In this document: piece after piece, positions 1 to 9,367 of the stretch | Layout of the letters: each line of letters begins with the position of its first letter | Numbering within the stretch: the stretch's first letter is position 1 | From: Candidatus Methanomethylicia archaeon | GTDB taxonomy: Archaea > Thermoproteota > Methanomethylicia > CALHIW01 | Direction of reading: 5' to 3' | Assembly (NCBI GenBank): GCA_038845975.1 | Contig: JAWBQF010000001.1 | Location: forward strand, 96,743 to 124,592 | DNA: 27,850 nt | Translations under genes and position numbers: made by a program | Notes under the pieces: generated by a model | The model's input: only the letters and a program-made list of their open reading frames with translations | Database searches by the model: none | Told to the model about the DNA's origin: nothing

Positions 1-484
1 GCTTCCTATTTGAATTTGATAGGAGGGATGTTAGGATTATGGTTGATGATACTATTATAAGTGTAGGTTCTAAGAGTAAGGTTGTTTATGTTGCATTCGA
101 GCCATTATTAAGAAGGATTCTACATATGGGTTTGCGATGTTGCAAATATACTTACATCACTAGCATTCCTTAAAAGATTAGAGCTATCTATGGTTCAAAT
201 ATAATTGTATTAAGTGATGGAGCTCAATACTATAAAGCATCATGTAAAATATTAAAATTAAAACATGATATAGTTTAGAGGTTAAGAATCTAATGGAGAG
301 AATAATACAATACATTAAGGATAGAACTAAGCTATTCGATAACTACATACCTTGTATGAAGGATAGATGTGATGGTGAACATGCATTAATGCTTATAAAA
401 TCAATAGCATACATACTGAACGAAACATGGATTAACAAGAAAATAAAAGCTAAGGAATTCATAGAAGATACAATACCAAAATAG
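1..484 (+). pseudogene. Decayed IS6/IS240-like DDE transposase gene, 5'-truncated by the window edge, with two in-frame stops and one frameshift
   Basis: Frame 3 is open from the edge: FLFEFDRRDVRIMVDDTIISVGSKSKVVYVAFEPLLRRIL..., then TAA at 171-173. It continues KIRAIYGSNIIVLSDGAQYYKASCKILKLKHDIV, then TAG at 276-278. The rest (MERIIQYIKDRTKLFDNYIPC..., ORF 293-484) is in frame 2. The order VDDT ... SDGA..Y ... E-x6-K-x-R-T matches the DDE layout I recall for IS6-family transposases. Family not verified by search. Confidence 0.5.
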
Positions 485-525
485 AGGTGATAAAACATGC
501 TTAAGTTAACAAAGCCCTCATACGA

Positions 526-573
526 CACTATAAAGTTACCTTCAATATAGCAGTTAGAGGTAACTTTATAGTG
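526..573. repeat. Perfect 15-bp inverted repeat (cactataaagttacc / ggtaactttatagtg) with an 18-nt spacer
   Basis: Arms at 526-540 and 559-573 are exact reverse complements, read directly from the sequence. It lies 42 bp downstream of the transposase relic and is followed by a gtggatt..gtggatt direct repeat (571-587). Confidence 0.8.
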
Positions 574-849
574 GATTCAAGTGGATTATTCATGGTAAAG
601 CCAGTATTTAAAAATGAAACTATAATTTATGCATCTACATACAGATCTATGGAGAGCAAATAAAGCGTACTCTGATTCTTTAGGTTACTACTCACGTCCA
701 GACATATTTCAGCTATTCATGAATCAAAAACCAATAACACCATCATAGCCTCCAAACAAGTTAACCTTCCTAATTTATGTAGCTAGAAGCTTTTATATAT
801 TTATCTAAATATTTAAAATCACTATGTCTTAAAATATAGAGATGATGAA

Positions 850-2142
850 ATGAGTACTCAGAGGGTTAAAGAGGTTTATATACGTAGCTATGGATGTTCA
901 ATGAATTTAGCTCAAAGCGAATTCATAGCTGGATGCTTAAGGAATTATGGATATAATATTACGAATAGCATTAAGGAAGCTGATATCATTATTTTTAATA
1001 CTTGTGCTGTAAAAAAGCCTACTGAAGATAAGATTATTAGCGCTATTAAAGCAGTTCCTGAGGATAAGAAGATCATTGTTACTGGCTGTTTAACAATGGT
1101 TAATTTAAACCGTATTTTAAGCGAAGCAAGAGTTAATGGTGTTATCGGACCATTTCCAGGTAGTGCTATCATTGATATTGTTAAGGAAGTTGAAAAAAAT
1201 AATAAGTTAACTATTTTAAGAAATGACTTTAAACCTCCATTAACAACACCAAGAATTCCTACCTCATCAATTATTAGAGTTATTCCAATAGCTTATGGCT
1301 GCCTAGGAGAATGTACATATTGCTGTGAAAAAATCGCTGCTGGATATTTAAGAAGTTATAGCATTAAGGAGATTACTGAAGCTGTTAAAGAAGCTATTAG
1401 TAAGGGAGTTTTGGAAATCTGGTTAAGCAGTCATGATTGCGGCTGCTATGGCTATGATATTGGTGTTAATCTAGGAAAGCTACTTAGGGAAATAATAGGT
1501 ATTAGTAGAGAGTTCTATGTTAGAATCGGTATGATGAGTCCAGATACGGCTCTTAAAATTGTAAATGAACTAATAGAAGCATATAGGAGCGGGAAGGTGT
1601 TTAGATTTATACATATTCCAGTTCAGAGCGGAGATGATCATGTATTGAAGCTTATGAAACGTAAATATACAGTTGATGATTTTAAAAATCTCATAAATAA
1701 GCTAAGAGAAAATATTCCAGATATAACTATAGTTACAGATATTATATGTGGATTTCCTGGAGAAACAGATAATGCCTTTGAAAACTCTATTAAACTTATT
1801 AGAGAGGTAGAGCCTGATTTCGTTAATGTATCGAAGTTCGGTCCAAGACCAGGTACACCAGCAGCTAAAATGAGAAAGCTACCTACAAGAATAGTTAAAG
1901 AGAGAAGTAGAATAATGAGTAGACTTGCAACAGATATAGCTATTAGGAGAAATATGAAGTGGATTGGATGGATTGGCAACATCATAGTTGATGAGGAGGG
2001 TAGGAATGGAACTGTTATGGGTAGAAACTATGCATATAAGCCTATAGTTGTAAGTGGTGGAAGAGAACTTATAGGGAAAATCGTTAAGGTGAAAATTATT
2101 GATGTAGCATCTACACATTTAAAAGGGGTTTTAGTAAATTAA
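850..2142 (+). CDS. MiaB-like tRNA methylthiotransferase, archaeal/eukaryal type (MtaB/CDKAL1-like)
   Basis: 430-aa ORF. N-terminal MTTase domain has three spaced Cys (YGCSMN, FNTCAV, VTGCL). Canonical radical-SAM CxxxCxxC (CLGECTYC). C-terminal TRAM-like segment (GKIVKVKIIDVASTHLKGVLV). Confidence 0.85.
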   Translation: MSTQRVKEVYIRSYGCSMNLAQSEFIAGCLRNYGYNITNSIKEADIIIFNTCAVKKPTEDKIISAIKAVPEDKKIIVTGCLTMVNLNRILSEARVNGVIGPFPGSAIIDIVKEVEKNNKLTILRNDFKPPLTTPRIPTSSIIRVIPIAYGCLGECTYCCEKIAAGYLRSYSIKEITEAVKEAISKGVLEIWLSSHDCGCYGYDIGVNLGKLLREIIGISREFYVRIGMMSPDTALKIVNELIEAYRSGKVFRFIHIPVQSGDDHVLKLMKRKYTVDDFKNLINKLRENIPDITIVTDIICGFPGETDNAFENSIKLIREVEPDFVNVSKFGPRPGTPAAKMRKLPTRIVKERSRIMSRLATDIAIRRNMKWIGWIGNIIVDEEGRNGTVMGRNYAYKPIVVSGGRELIGKIVKVKIIDVASTHLKGVLVN

Positions 2143-2166
2143 TATTTAATTGATTACTGTGACCTT

Positions 2167-3873
2167 ATGAAGATCATAATATTAGATGGATATACTGATG
2201 AACCTGCAGGTCTCGGTGTCCCACCATACCTTGATGTTTACCCTAGATATGTTGCTGGAGCAATATGGACTGCTGAAAAGAACGCAGATATTAGATATTT
2301 TACTATAGATGATGTACGTAGAGATACTGGAAGATTCATTGAGCAAGCATTAAAATCTGATCTAGTTATACTTATTGCTGGAGTATGTGTTCCAGGTAGA
2401 TATTTAGGCGGTGATCCGATTAAGCCATGGGAGATTACACGGCTAGCTAGATTGATTGAAAAACCTATTAAAATCATAGGTGGACCTGTAGCTCAATTCG
2501 GTCTTGGTGTTGAGGGCGGTAAAGTTGTTGAGCCGCCTGAATTCTCAGATCTTTTCGATATTGTTGTTAAGGGAGATATTGAGGTTGTAGTTTATAGACT
2601 TATTAAAGAAAAATCTATTGAGAAGATAGATCCATTTGAAAAGAGACCTAGCCAGAAATTCATAAGTAAATTCGCTACTAGAGGAGCTGAAATCATTACC
2701 CAACATCCATGCTATAAGTTAAACCTAATATGTGAAGTTGAAACTTATCGCGGATGTCCTAGAGCTATTATTGGTGGATGCTCGTTTTGTATTGAACCAC
2801 TGAAAGGATTACCTGATTTTAGACCTGTAAAGGATATTGTAGAGGAAATTAAAGCTCTATACTCCTACGGTGTTAGATTCATAAGACTTGGCCGACAACC
2901 AGACTTCTTCACATATAATGCTGAAAACATAGGAGAAGTAGAGTTTCCAAAACCAAAACCTGAAGAAATTAGGAGGCTTCTCCATGGAATAAGAACTGTA
3001 GCACCGGATCTACATACACTTCATATAGATAATGTTAATCCTGGAACAATATATCACCATAAGGAGGAAGCTAAGAAAATAATTAAGATAATAATTGAAT
3101 ATCATACACCAGGTGATGTTGCAGCATTCGGTGTTGAATCTGCAGATCCAAAAGTTGTAAAAATGAATGGGTTAAAGGTAATGCCTGAAGAAGCTTTTGA
3201 AGCTATTAAAATAGTTAATGAATTCGGAGCAGTTAGAGGATGGAATGGTTTACCCCATCTCCTACCAGGAATAAACTTTGTTCATGGATTAATAGGTGAA
3301 ACAAGAGAAACATACAGTTTAAACTATCAGTTTCTAGAAAGAATACTTAAAGAGAATCTTCTAGTGAGAAGAATAAACATAAGACAGGTAATGATCTTCA
3401 AAAACACAAAAATGTGGAGTTACGGAGCCTCAATAATAAGTAAACATAGAGAAACATTTAGAAAATATAAGGAGATGATTAGGAAAAACATTGACTTACC
3501 AATGATTAGAAAGATCGTGCCTAAATGGACTGTTTTAAGGGAATGCTTTATTGAAAACCATAATGGAGGACTAACTTATGCTAGACAAGTAGCTTCATAC
3601 CCATTACTCATATGTTCAAAAACAAAGCTTGAGCTTAATAAATTCATAGACTTCATAATTGTAGACCATGGATATAGATCTGTAATAGGCATACCATACC
3701 CTATCGATATAAATCGTTTAGAAAGAAGAGTTCTAGAGGATATACCTGGAATAACGAAACTTAAAGCTTCAAGAATAATAGCTAATAGACCGTTTAAGAG
3801 TTTTGAGGAATTTAAATCTATACTAAACGATGATAATCTAGCAAAAATCTTAGAGAAACACATATCATTTTAA
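2167..3873 (+). CDS. Conserved archaeal radical-SAM-type Fe-S protein with C-terminal helix-hairpin-helix domain, function unknown (COG1031-like as I recall)
   Basis: 568-aa ORF starting 24 bp after the methylthiotransferase stop. N-terminus IILDGYTDEPAGLGVPPYLDVYPRYVAGAIW is typical of this archaeal family. The cysteine cluster is YRGCPRAIIGGCSFC. The C-terminal LEDIPGITKLKASRIIANRPFKSFEEF looks like an HhH nucleic-acid-binding motif. Confidence 0.75.
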   Translation: MKIIILDGYTDEPAGLGVPPYLDVYPRYVAGAIWTAEKNADIRYFTIDDVRRDTGRFIEQALKSDLVILIAGVCVPGRYLGGDPIKPWEITRLARLIEKPIKIIGGPVAQFGLGVEGGKVVEPPEFSDLFDIVVKGDIEVVVYRLIKEKSIEKIDPFEKRPSQKFISKFATRGAEIITQHPCYKLNLICEVETYRGCPRAIIGGCSFCIEPLKGLPDFRPVKDIVEEIKALYSYGVRFIRLGRQPDFFTYNAENIGEVEFPKPKPEEIRRLLHGIRTVAPDLHTLHIDNVNPGTIYHHKEEAKKIIKIIIEYHTPGDVAAFGVESADPKVVKMNGLKVMPEEAFEAIKIVNEFGAVRGWNGLPHLLPGINFVHGLIGETRETYSLNYQFLERILKENLLVRRINIRQVMIFKNTKMWSYGASIISKHRETFRKYKEMIRKNIDLPMIRKIVPKWTVLRECFIENHNGGLTYARQVASYPLLICSKTKLELNKFIDFIIVDHGYRSVIGIPYPIDINRLERRVLEDIPGITKLKASRIIANRPFKSFEEFKSILNDDNLAKILEKHISF

Positions 3874-3919
3874 ATCATAAATTTAATCATGGCTAACTGA
3901 AGTTTACTAGCAAGATAAG

Positions 3920-3927
3920 ATTAAATT
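3920..3927 (+). promoter_or_regulatory. TATA-like box (attaaatt) for the HD-domain gene
   Basis: Box centre is about 24 bp upstream of the ATG at 3948, the spacing expected for a leaderless archaeal transcript. Confidence 0.35.
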
Positions 3928-3947
3928 CCAGTAATCTATCTAAATCT

Positions 3948-4499
3948 ATGATTTCGCGAAGTGAAGCTTTAAATCTTTTAAATAGCTATATTAAGGATAA
4001 ACGATTACTTAAACATTGTCTAGCTGTTGAAGCAATAATGAGGAGGCTAGCTGAGAAATTAAATGAGGAAATTGAGCTTTGGGGTTTAACAGGCTTACTT
4101 CACGATATAGATTATGAAGTTGTATCAGGAGATATGAGTAAACATGGCCTCGAGGTAGTAAACATAGTTAAAAATAAACTTCCAAGCAGTGCATTAGAAG
4201 CTATTAAATCCCATAATGAAAGACTAGGAGTAATAAGTAATTCCAAAATATCAAAGGCTTTAAGAGCTGCGGATCATCTTTCAGGACTTATAATAGCTAC
4301 AGCTCTAGTTATGCCGAATAAGAAATTAAGCGAGGTAACAGTAAAAAGCTTAATGAAGAAGTTTAAGCAGAAAGATTTTGCCAGTGGAATTAATAGATTA
4401 AGAATTCAAACATGCATAGAAATAGGCTTAACCCTCGAAGAATTTTTAGAAATAGGCTTAGAAGCACTTCAAAAAATACATCTGGACTTAGAGTTATAG
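3948..4499 (+). CDS. HD-domain metal-dependent phosphohydrolase
   Basis: 183-aa ORF with the H...HD signature (KHCLAVEAIMRRLA ... LTGLLHDIDYE) and a later HN/DH pair (KSHNERL, AADHLSG). Confidence 0.75.
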   Translation: MISRSEALNLLNSYIKDKRLLKHCLAVEAIMRRLAEKLNEEIELWGLTGLLHDIDYEVVSGDMSKHGLEVVNIVKNKLPSSALEAIKSHNERLGVISNSKISKALRAADHLSGLIIATALVMPNKKLSEVTVKSLMKKFKQKDFASGINRLRIQTCIEIGLTLEEFLEIGLEALQKIHLDLEL

Positions 4500-4690
4500 T
4501 ATTGATGAACAGTATAAGTAATCAGCTGAATAGTATGAAGTATCATAATAGGCATACATTGAACTATTTAAAATAGCTCTACCTAGTAATTAAGCCAGTA
4601 TTGAATTAATGATTTTAAGGAGGATCTCAGTATATTTCTCTTAAAGTTATTAACATAAATACTTATAGGTTTAGATTTGATTAGGAGTTT

Positions 4691-5386
4691 ATGATTATAG
4701 ATAGGATTAATGTGTTTAAATGTTGGATTTTAATAAGAGAAAGTAGAGTTACAGCTATTGTTAAGCATAATGGAGATATTTATAGAGCACTTTTAAGGAA
4801 CACGGGAAAGCTTCAAGACCTAATATATCCAGGTTCACAGGTATTATGTAGCTTTAAAAGTAGTGGTAGGACGAGTATAAATATTGTTGGAGTTATTGTT
4901 AATGATGAAGCAGTATTGGTTGATACATATATTCAAATGAAGATGTTTGAGAAGGCATGTAGTATAGGACTAATACCGTGGCTTAAGGAGTGTACAATAC
5001 GGAATAGAGAGGTTAAAGTTAAAGGAGGAAGAATTGATTATAGAATAGAATGTAATGGTGTTGAAGGATTTCTTGAATTGAAATCCGCAGTACTATTTAA
5101 GGATGGTTATGCAATGTATCCTGATACACCTTCTAAAAGAGGATTAAAACACATATTACTTCTAAGAGATTTAAGAAAGGAGGGATATAGAGCAATTATA
5201 GCCTTTATAGTAGCTCATCCAAAAGCTGAAGCTTTTAAACCTTATGTGGAGGTTGATAAACGGATAGGTTATGAGTTGAAGGAAGCAATTAAGACTGGAG
5301 TTGAGGTTTACGCTGTTAAAATGTATTTGAAACTTGATGGGACTATAGTTATTGAAGACCCAAATGTTAGATGTGAAATCATATAG
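4691..5386 (+). CDS. sfsA: SfsA-family protein (sugar fermentation stimulation protein homolog)
   Basis: 231-aa ORF. It shows the SfsA pattern: N-terminal OB-like part (RESRVTAIVKHNGDIYRALLRNTGKLQDLIYPGSQV) and nuclease-like core (RIDYRIE...GFLELKSAVL...YPDTPSKRGLKHILLL). A GGAG sits just upstream of the ATG. Confidence 0.8.
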   Translation: MIIDRINVFKCWILIRESRVTAIVKHNGDIYRALLRNTGKLQDLIYPGSQVLCSFKSSGRTSINIVGVIVNDEAVLVDTYIQMKMFEKACSIGLIPWLKECTIRNREVKVKGGRIDYRIECNGVEGFLELKSAVLFKDGYAMYPDTPSKRGLKHILLLRDLRKEGYRAIIAFIVAHPKAEAFKPYVEVDKRIGYELKEAIKTGVEVYAVKMYLKLDGTIVIEDPNVRCEII

Positions 5387-5518
5387 CTTAACAATTAACT
5401 GAATACTAAAGCTACTTTATATTATGGTTCTGCAAGCCAACATGTTAATTGCGAGATAGAGTATTTAGTAGGACATGTTTTATCTATATAGTCTTCCAGT
5501 AATATTAATGGTAATTGT

Positions 5519-6805
5519 TTACTCTACTTTTCTATAACTAATACCTGTATGTTTCACTATTGAGTTCGGCGGTATATCTCTATAAACCACTACACCTGGA
5601 TATATCCAGCTCCACGCACCTATTTTCACTCCAGGCATTATTGATACGTTTATTCCGGTTCTTACATGTCCACCTATAATTGCTCCAAGCTTTTTCCTTC
5701 CAGTATCTATTCTCTCCTCCTTTATATTCATCTTTATGTTTTCTTCATCAAATCTAAAGTTTGCAGTTACGGTTCCAGCCCCCAGATTTACATCTTCACA
5801 TATCACACTATCACCAACATAGTTTAAATGAGGAAGCTTAGTATTCTCCATTATTACACTTTCCTTAACCTCAACGCTTGAACCTATCTTAACGTTACTA
5901 CATAGCACAGTATATGGTCTTATATATGTATTAGGACCTATCTCACAGTTCTCTCCAATATATACTGGACCCTCAATATATGTTCCACTCTTAATAATGC
6001 TTCCAGCTCCAATATATATGGGGCCCTTAATTACAACATTATCTTCAATATCCCCATTAACAGTTCTATCCATCATTCTTCGAAGTAGAGTTTTATTTGC
6101 ATCAATTACATTCCATGGTTTGCCAATATCCATCCAGTAGTCTTCAGGTATATGGATGGCTTTAATATTCCTCCCACTTCTAATAGCTAGCTTAATAGCA
6201 TCTGTAAGTTCAAGTTCACCTCTTGGAGATGGCTTAACATCGTCAATGTAGTTAAATATGCTAGAGTTTAAAAGATATATTCCAGTATTAACATAGATAT
6301 TACTTACAATATCTGATTGTTTAGGCTTCTCAATAATATCTACTACCTTAAATCCATCAGTAATAACAACACCATAATTCCATGGATCATTAACTCTTGC
6401 AACCCCAATAGCCATATCCCCATGGGAGTTAATAATACTAGATATCGGTGAGCTATTAAGTATAAATAGGTCGCCATATACAAGAAGAAATCTATTACTA
6501 ACAAGACCTCTAACTTTAGAAACAGCATGGGCTGTACCAAGCTCTCCATTCTGCTCAATAATATTAATATTGGCTTCAATATGCTTAGCATAGTCCAGCA
6601 ATATCTTCTTAACCATATCCTTCATATAGTTAACAACAACATGAAAATTTACAATACCAACCTCTCTAATAACTTTAAGAATATGTATTAAGAGGGGATT
6701 ACCTAGAAGAGGAATTAACGGTTTAGGTCTTGTTTGTGTAATAGGATCTAGTCGAATACCTCTACCTGCAGCTAAAATTACAGCATCATATACGTTTAAA
6801 TACAT
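5519..6805 (-). CDS. GlmU-like sugar-1-phosphate nucleotidylyltransferase with C-terminal left-handed beta-helix acetyltransferase domain
   Basis: 428-aa ORF. N-terminal NTP-transferase signature AVILAAGRGIRLDPITQTRPKPLIPL. The C-terminal half is rich in hexapeptide repeats (IGAGSIIKSGTYIEGPVYIGENCEIGPNTYI...VGDSVICEDVNLGAGT). Confidence 0.85.
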   Translation of the reverse strand: MYLNVYDAVILAAGRGIRLDPITQTRPKPLIPLLGNPLLIHILKVIREVGIVNFHVVVNYMKDMVKKILLDYAKHIEANINIIEQNGELGTAHAVSKVRGLVSNRFLLVYGDLFILNSSPISSIINSHGDMAIGVARVNDPWNYGVVITDGFKVVDIIEKPKQSDIVSNIYVNTGIYLLNSSIFNYIDDVKPSPRGELELTDAIKLAIRSGRNIKAIHIPEDYWMDIGKPWNVIDANKTLLRRMMDRTVNGDIEDNVVIKGPIYIGAGSIIKSGTYIEGPVYIGENCEIGPNTYIRPYTVLCSNVKIGSSVEVKESVIMENTKLPHLNYVGDSVICEDVNLGAGTVTANFRFDEENIKMNIKEERIDTGRKKLGAIIGGHVRTGINVSIMPGVKIGAWSWIYPGVVVYRDIPPNSIVKHTGISYRKVE

Positions 6806-6827
6806 AATTTACTAAGCTAGTAGTAGC

Positions 6828-6835
6828 TTAAATAC
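6828..6835 (-). promoter_or_regulatory. TATA-like box (gtatttaa on the minus strand) for the GlmU-like gene
   Basis: Box centre is about 26 bp upstream of the start at 6805. Confidence 0.35.
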
Positions 6836-6863
6836 TTAAGCTAATAGTATTAACTAGCAGAAG

Positions 6864-6873
6864 ATATTTATAT
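6864..6873 (+). promoter_or_regulatory. TATA-like box (atatttatat) for the membrane-protein gene
   Basis: Box centre is about 25 bp upstream of the ATG at 6894. It is divergent from the GlmU-like promoter within an 88-bp intergenic region. Confidence 0.4.
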
Positions 6874-6893
6874 TTGCATTAACTCAACCTTTA

Positions 6894-7961
6894 ATGAATA
6901 CTAAAAGAAACATCTACTTAACAATAGTACCTGTAACGACAGCATTTATTATTAGCTTATGGATTCACCATCCAAACTTTACTTTTAGTTTCTACTCTGA
7001 CATAGTATGGTTTTGGTATAGAGTTGAAGTAGCAAGCGGGAAAATACCATACATAGAATACAACTTCGAATATCCAGTTATTAGTGGCTTAATAGTTTAT
7101 TTAGCATCTCTAACTAAATATGTTGAAAGCTACTACCTAACAATTAGCTTAGTAATATATCTATGCCTACTAGGTAGTTTAATTCTAACATTGAAAATAG
7201 CTAGAAATATAGAGCCATATAGAGTTTTAATGTTTACGGTATTTACATCGTCATTCATAATTTATAGCGTCTATAGTTTTGACTGGATAGGAAACTTCCT
7301 TTTAATACTATCCATATACTTCTTCCTCCACAAGAAATTAGCTACATCAGGATTTACATTGGGATTGGCAGGAGCAACACGAATTATTCCATTAATCTGT
7401 ATGTTAGCATTTATTAGTGAAATTAAGGATTTAAGTAATAGGGCTAAATACATAGTAGCTACAATTCTAGGATTACTTATACCGAACATCTACTTTCTAG
7501 TTAAAAACTTTAATGGAGCTATACATCCATATATTTATCAGGCTACATGGAGAGTTGAAGATAGCTGGATAGCAATAGTACCTTTCAATCATCAATTAGC
7601 ATCGCTAATAGTTATGACGATTATGATTACCATAGTAATGCTTAAATGGAGTGGAGATATCATATTTAAATGTGGACTTCTATTATTTACATTTATGATT
7701 TCAAGCTATAAATTCCCACCACAATACTTCATACAGCTACTTCCATTTTCAGCTTTAACTACGAAAAGATACTCAGCCTTTGTAATAGCAGATCTATTAA
7801 ATTCAGCAATAATACTTGGATGGTTTACACCATCTTTTAGCTTTGGGGATCCATGGTTAATATCAAGTCCTGTACAGTGGTGTGCAGTAGCAAGACAAGC
7901 AATACTACTATACATAGTCATAGATTCATTACGACCTAATAAAACTATCAATAGCTCCTAA
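6894..7961 (+). CDS. Polytopic integral membrane protein, possibly a GT-C-type glycosyltransferase
   Basis: 355-aa ORF with many long hydrophobic segments (LTIVPVTTAFIISLWI, VISGLIVYLASL, LISLVIYLCLLGSLILTL, FLLILSIYFFL, and others). I recognise no catalytic motif. The glycosyltransferase idea rests only on topology and the divergent GlmU-like neighbour. Confidence 0.6.
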   Translation: MNTKRNIYLTIVPVTTAFIISLWIHHPNFTFSFYSDIVWFWYRVEVASGKIPYIEYNFEYPVISGLIVYLASLTKYVESYYLTISLVIYLCLLGSLILTLKIARNIEPYRVLMFTVFTSSFIIYSVYSFDWIGNFLLILSIYFFLHKKLATSGFTLGLAGATRIIPLICMLAFISEIKDLSNRAKYIVATILGLLIPNIYFLVKNFNGAIHPYIYQATWRVEDSWIAIVPFNHQLASLIVMTIMITIVMLKWSGDIIFKCGLLLFTFMISSYKFPPQYFIQLLPFSALTTKRYSAFVIADLLNSAIILGWFTPSFSFGDPWLISSPVQWCAVARQAILLYIVIDSLRPNKTINSS

Positions 7962-8022
7962 ACAGGAACTGTAAGAGTAAAATAGAGATTTAACAGTATT
8001 ATTCAGTTAATACTCAGTAATG

Positions 8023-8030
8023 TTTAAATC
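8023..8030 (+). promoter_or_regulatory. TATA-like box (tttaaatc) for the GDPD gene
   Basis: Box centre is about 24 bp upstream of the ATG at 8051. Confidence 0.35.
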
Positions 8031-8050
8031 TATGATTTTAAAAGTTCTAT

Positions 8051-8740
8051 ATGATTATTGTTGGTCATAGGGGATGTGCAGGTATTGAGCCTGAAAACAC
8101 TTTAAGAAGTATTTTGAAAGCTGTTGAATATGGAGTTGAATATGTTGAGGTTGATGTTAGAACATGTAAAACAGGAGAAATTGTTGTTATTCATGATGCA
8201 ACAGTTGGTAGAACTACTAATGGGGTTGGCTATGTTAGGGACTTAAGTCTTAATGAGCTTAAAAATCTTAATGCAGGTAAAGGTGAAAAAATACCAACAC
8301 TAGAGGAAGCCATAGATGTTACTAATGGCAAATGCGGATTAATAGTAGAGATTAAAGAGGAAAACATATGGAGGAAAACATTAGAAATCATTGAAGAGAA
8401 GGGGATGGTAAGAAATACTATTATAGCTTCATTCTATCATACAGTGGTTAAAGATGTAAAAATCAATTACCCTGATGTTAAATGTGGAGTTATATTTACA
8501 TGTGAGCCTGTAAACCCTTCAATACTAGCTCTTGATGCTAAGGCTGAAATTATAATTCCAAACCATAACTACATCACTCAAAAACTTATTACTAACGCTC
8601 ATAAATTTAACTTAAAAATCATAGCATGGACTGTTAATAAATTTGAGGATGGAGTAAAGCTTCTTAAGCAAGGTGTAGATGGATTAGCTACAGACAGACC
8701 TGACATAATGGTAAAGCTTAAACAGTTAGATAAATCATAG
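8051..8740 (+). CDS. Glycerophosphodiester phosphodiesterase (GDPD family)
   Basis: 229-aa ORF with the GDPD signature IVGHRGCAGIEPENTLRS ... YVEVDVR ... VIHD and a C-terminal WTVN motif. Confidence 0.85.
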   Translation: MIIVGHRGCAGIEPENTLRSILKAVEYGVEYVEVDVRTCKTGEIVVIHDATVGRTTNGVGYVRDLSLNELKNLNAGKGEKIPTLEEAIDVTNGKCGLIVEIKEENIWRKTLEIIEEKGMVRNTIIASFYHTVVKDVKINYPDVKCGVIFTCEPVNPSILALDAKAEIIIPNHNYITQKLITNAHKFNLKIIAWTVNKFEDGVKLLKQGVDGLATDRPDIMVKLKQLDKS

Positions 8741-9359
8741 GCTTTCTAAAAATTAAACTTACAACTTCAAGAAAGTTATGAAAGAACATTTAAACAAGAA
8801 GGTAAACCGGTGATGTACTCCATAAATTAATAGTAAAGCTTGAAGAGCTAATTAATGAAGACGCTTAAAATTCCATAACATCAAACATAGAAGTATAAAA
8901 TCATAGATATTATTTTATCCTAACCATAAAATCTAATTATTCATAGAGTATAAGTAGCATGATTAGAGAATTTGACGTGTTAATATTAAAATATCTTAAA
9001 CATTGTTGTAGAATATGTTCAAAATTAAGGATTGACTATTTAGTTATAGATAGTTAGAAGTTCATGAATTATGCAAGCATACTCAAAATATAAGTACTTA
9101 CCTGAATAACTTATGAATTGGAGAGAAACTATATATCTATCAAAGACTGTATATCTTAGAATCCTAAATACCCTACAGAAATCTTAAATAGAGCTTAAGT
9201 TATAGGATTAGGATAAATCATTTGCGTAATTTAATTCTTTTTCGTATTTCCACTCATTAAACAATACGATTAAAATACTCATTATAGCCTTTCCCTTACT
9301 CCTTATAAATTTAGATATAAGAATTTAAAGCTAAGTTATAATGCGAAAACATAGCTAGA

Positions 9360-9367
9360 TTTAAATA
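9360..9367 (+). promoter_or_regulatory. TATA box (tttaaata) for the ACT/V4R gene
   Basis: Near-consensus archaeal TATA. Its centre is about 24 bp upstream of the GTG at 9388, supporting that GTG as a leaderless start. Confidence 0.4.

Noticed and set aside
3941-8038. The 14-mer taaatctatgattt is shared by the HD-gene start region (3941-3954) and the GDPD upstream region (8025-8038).
   Set aside because: The same rough estimate predicts about ten chance 14-mer pairs in this AT-rich window. The motif is simply TATA/start-codon-like low-complexity sequence.
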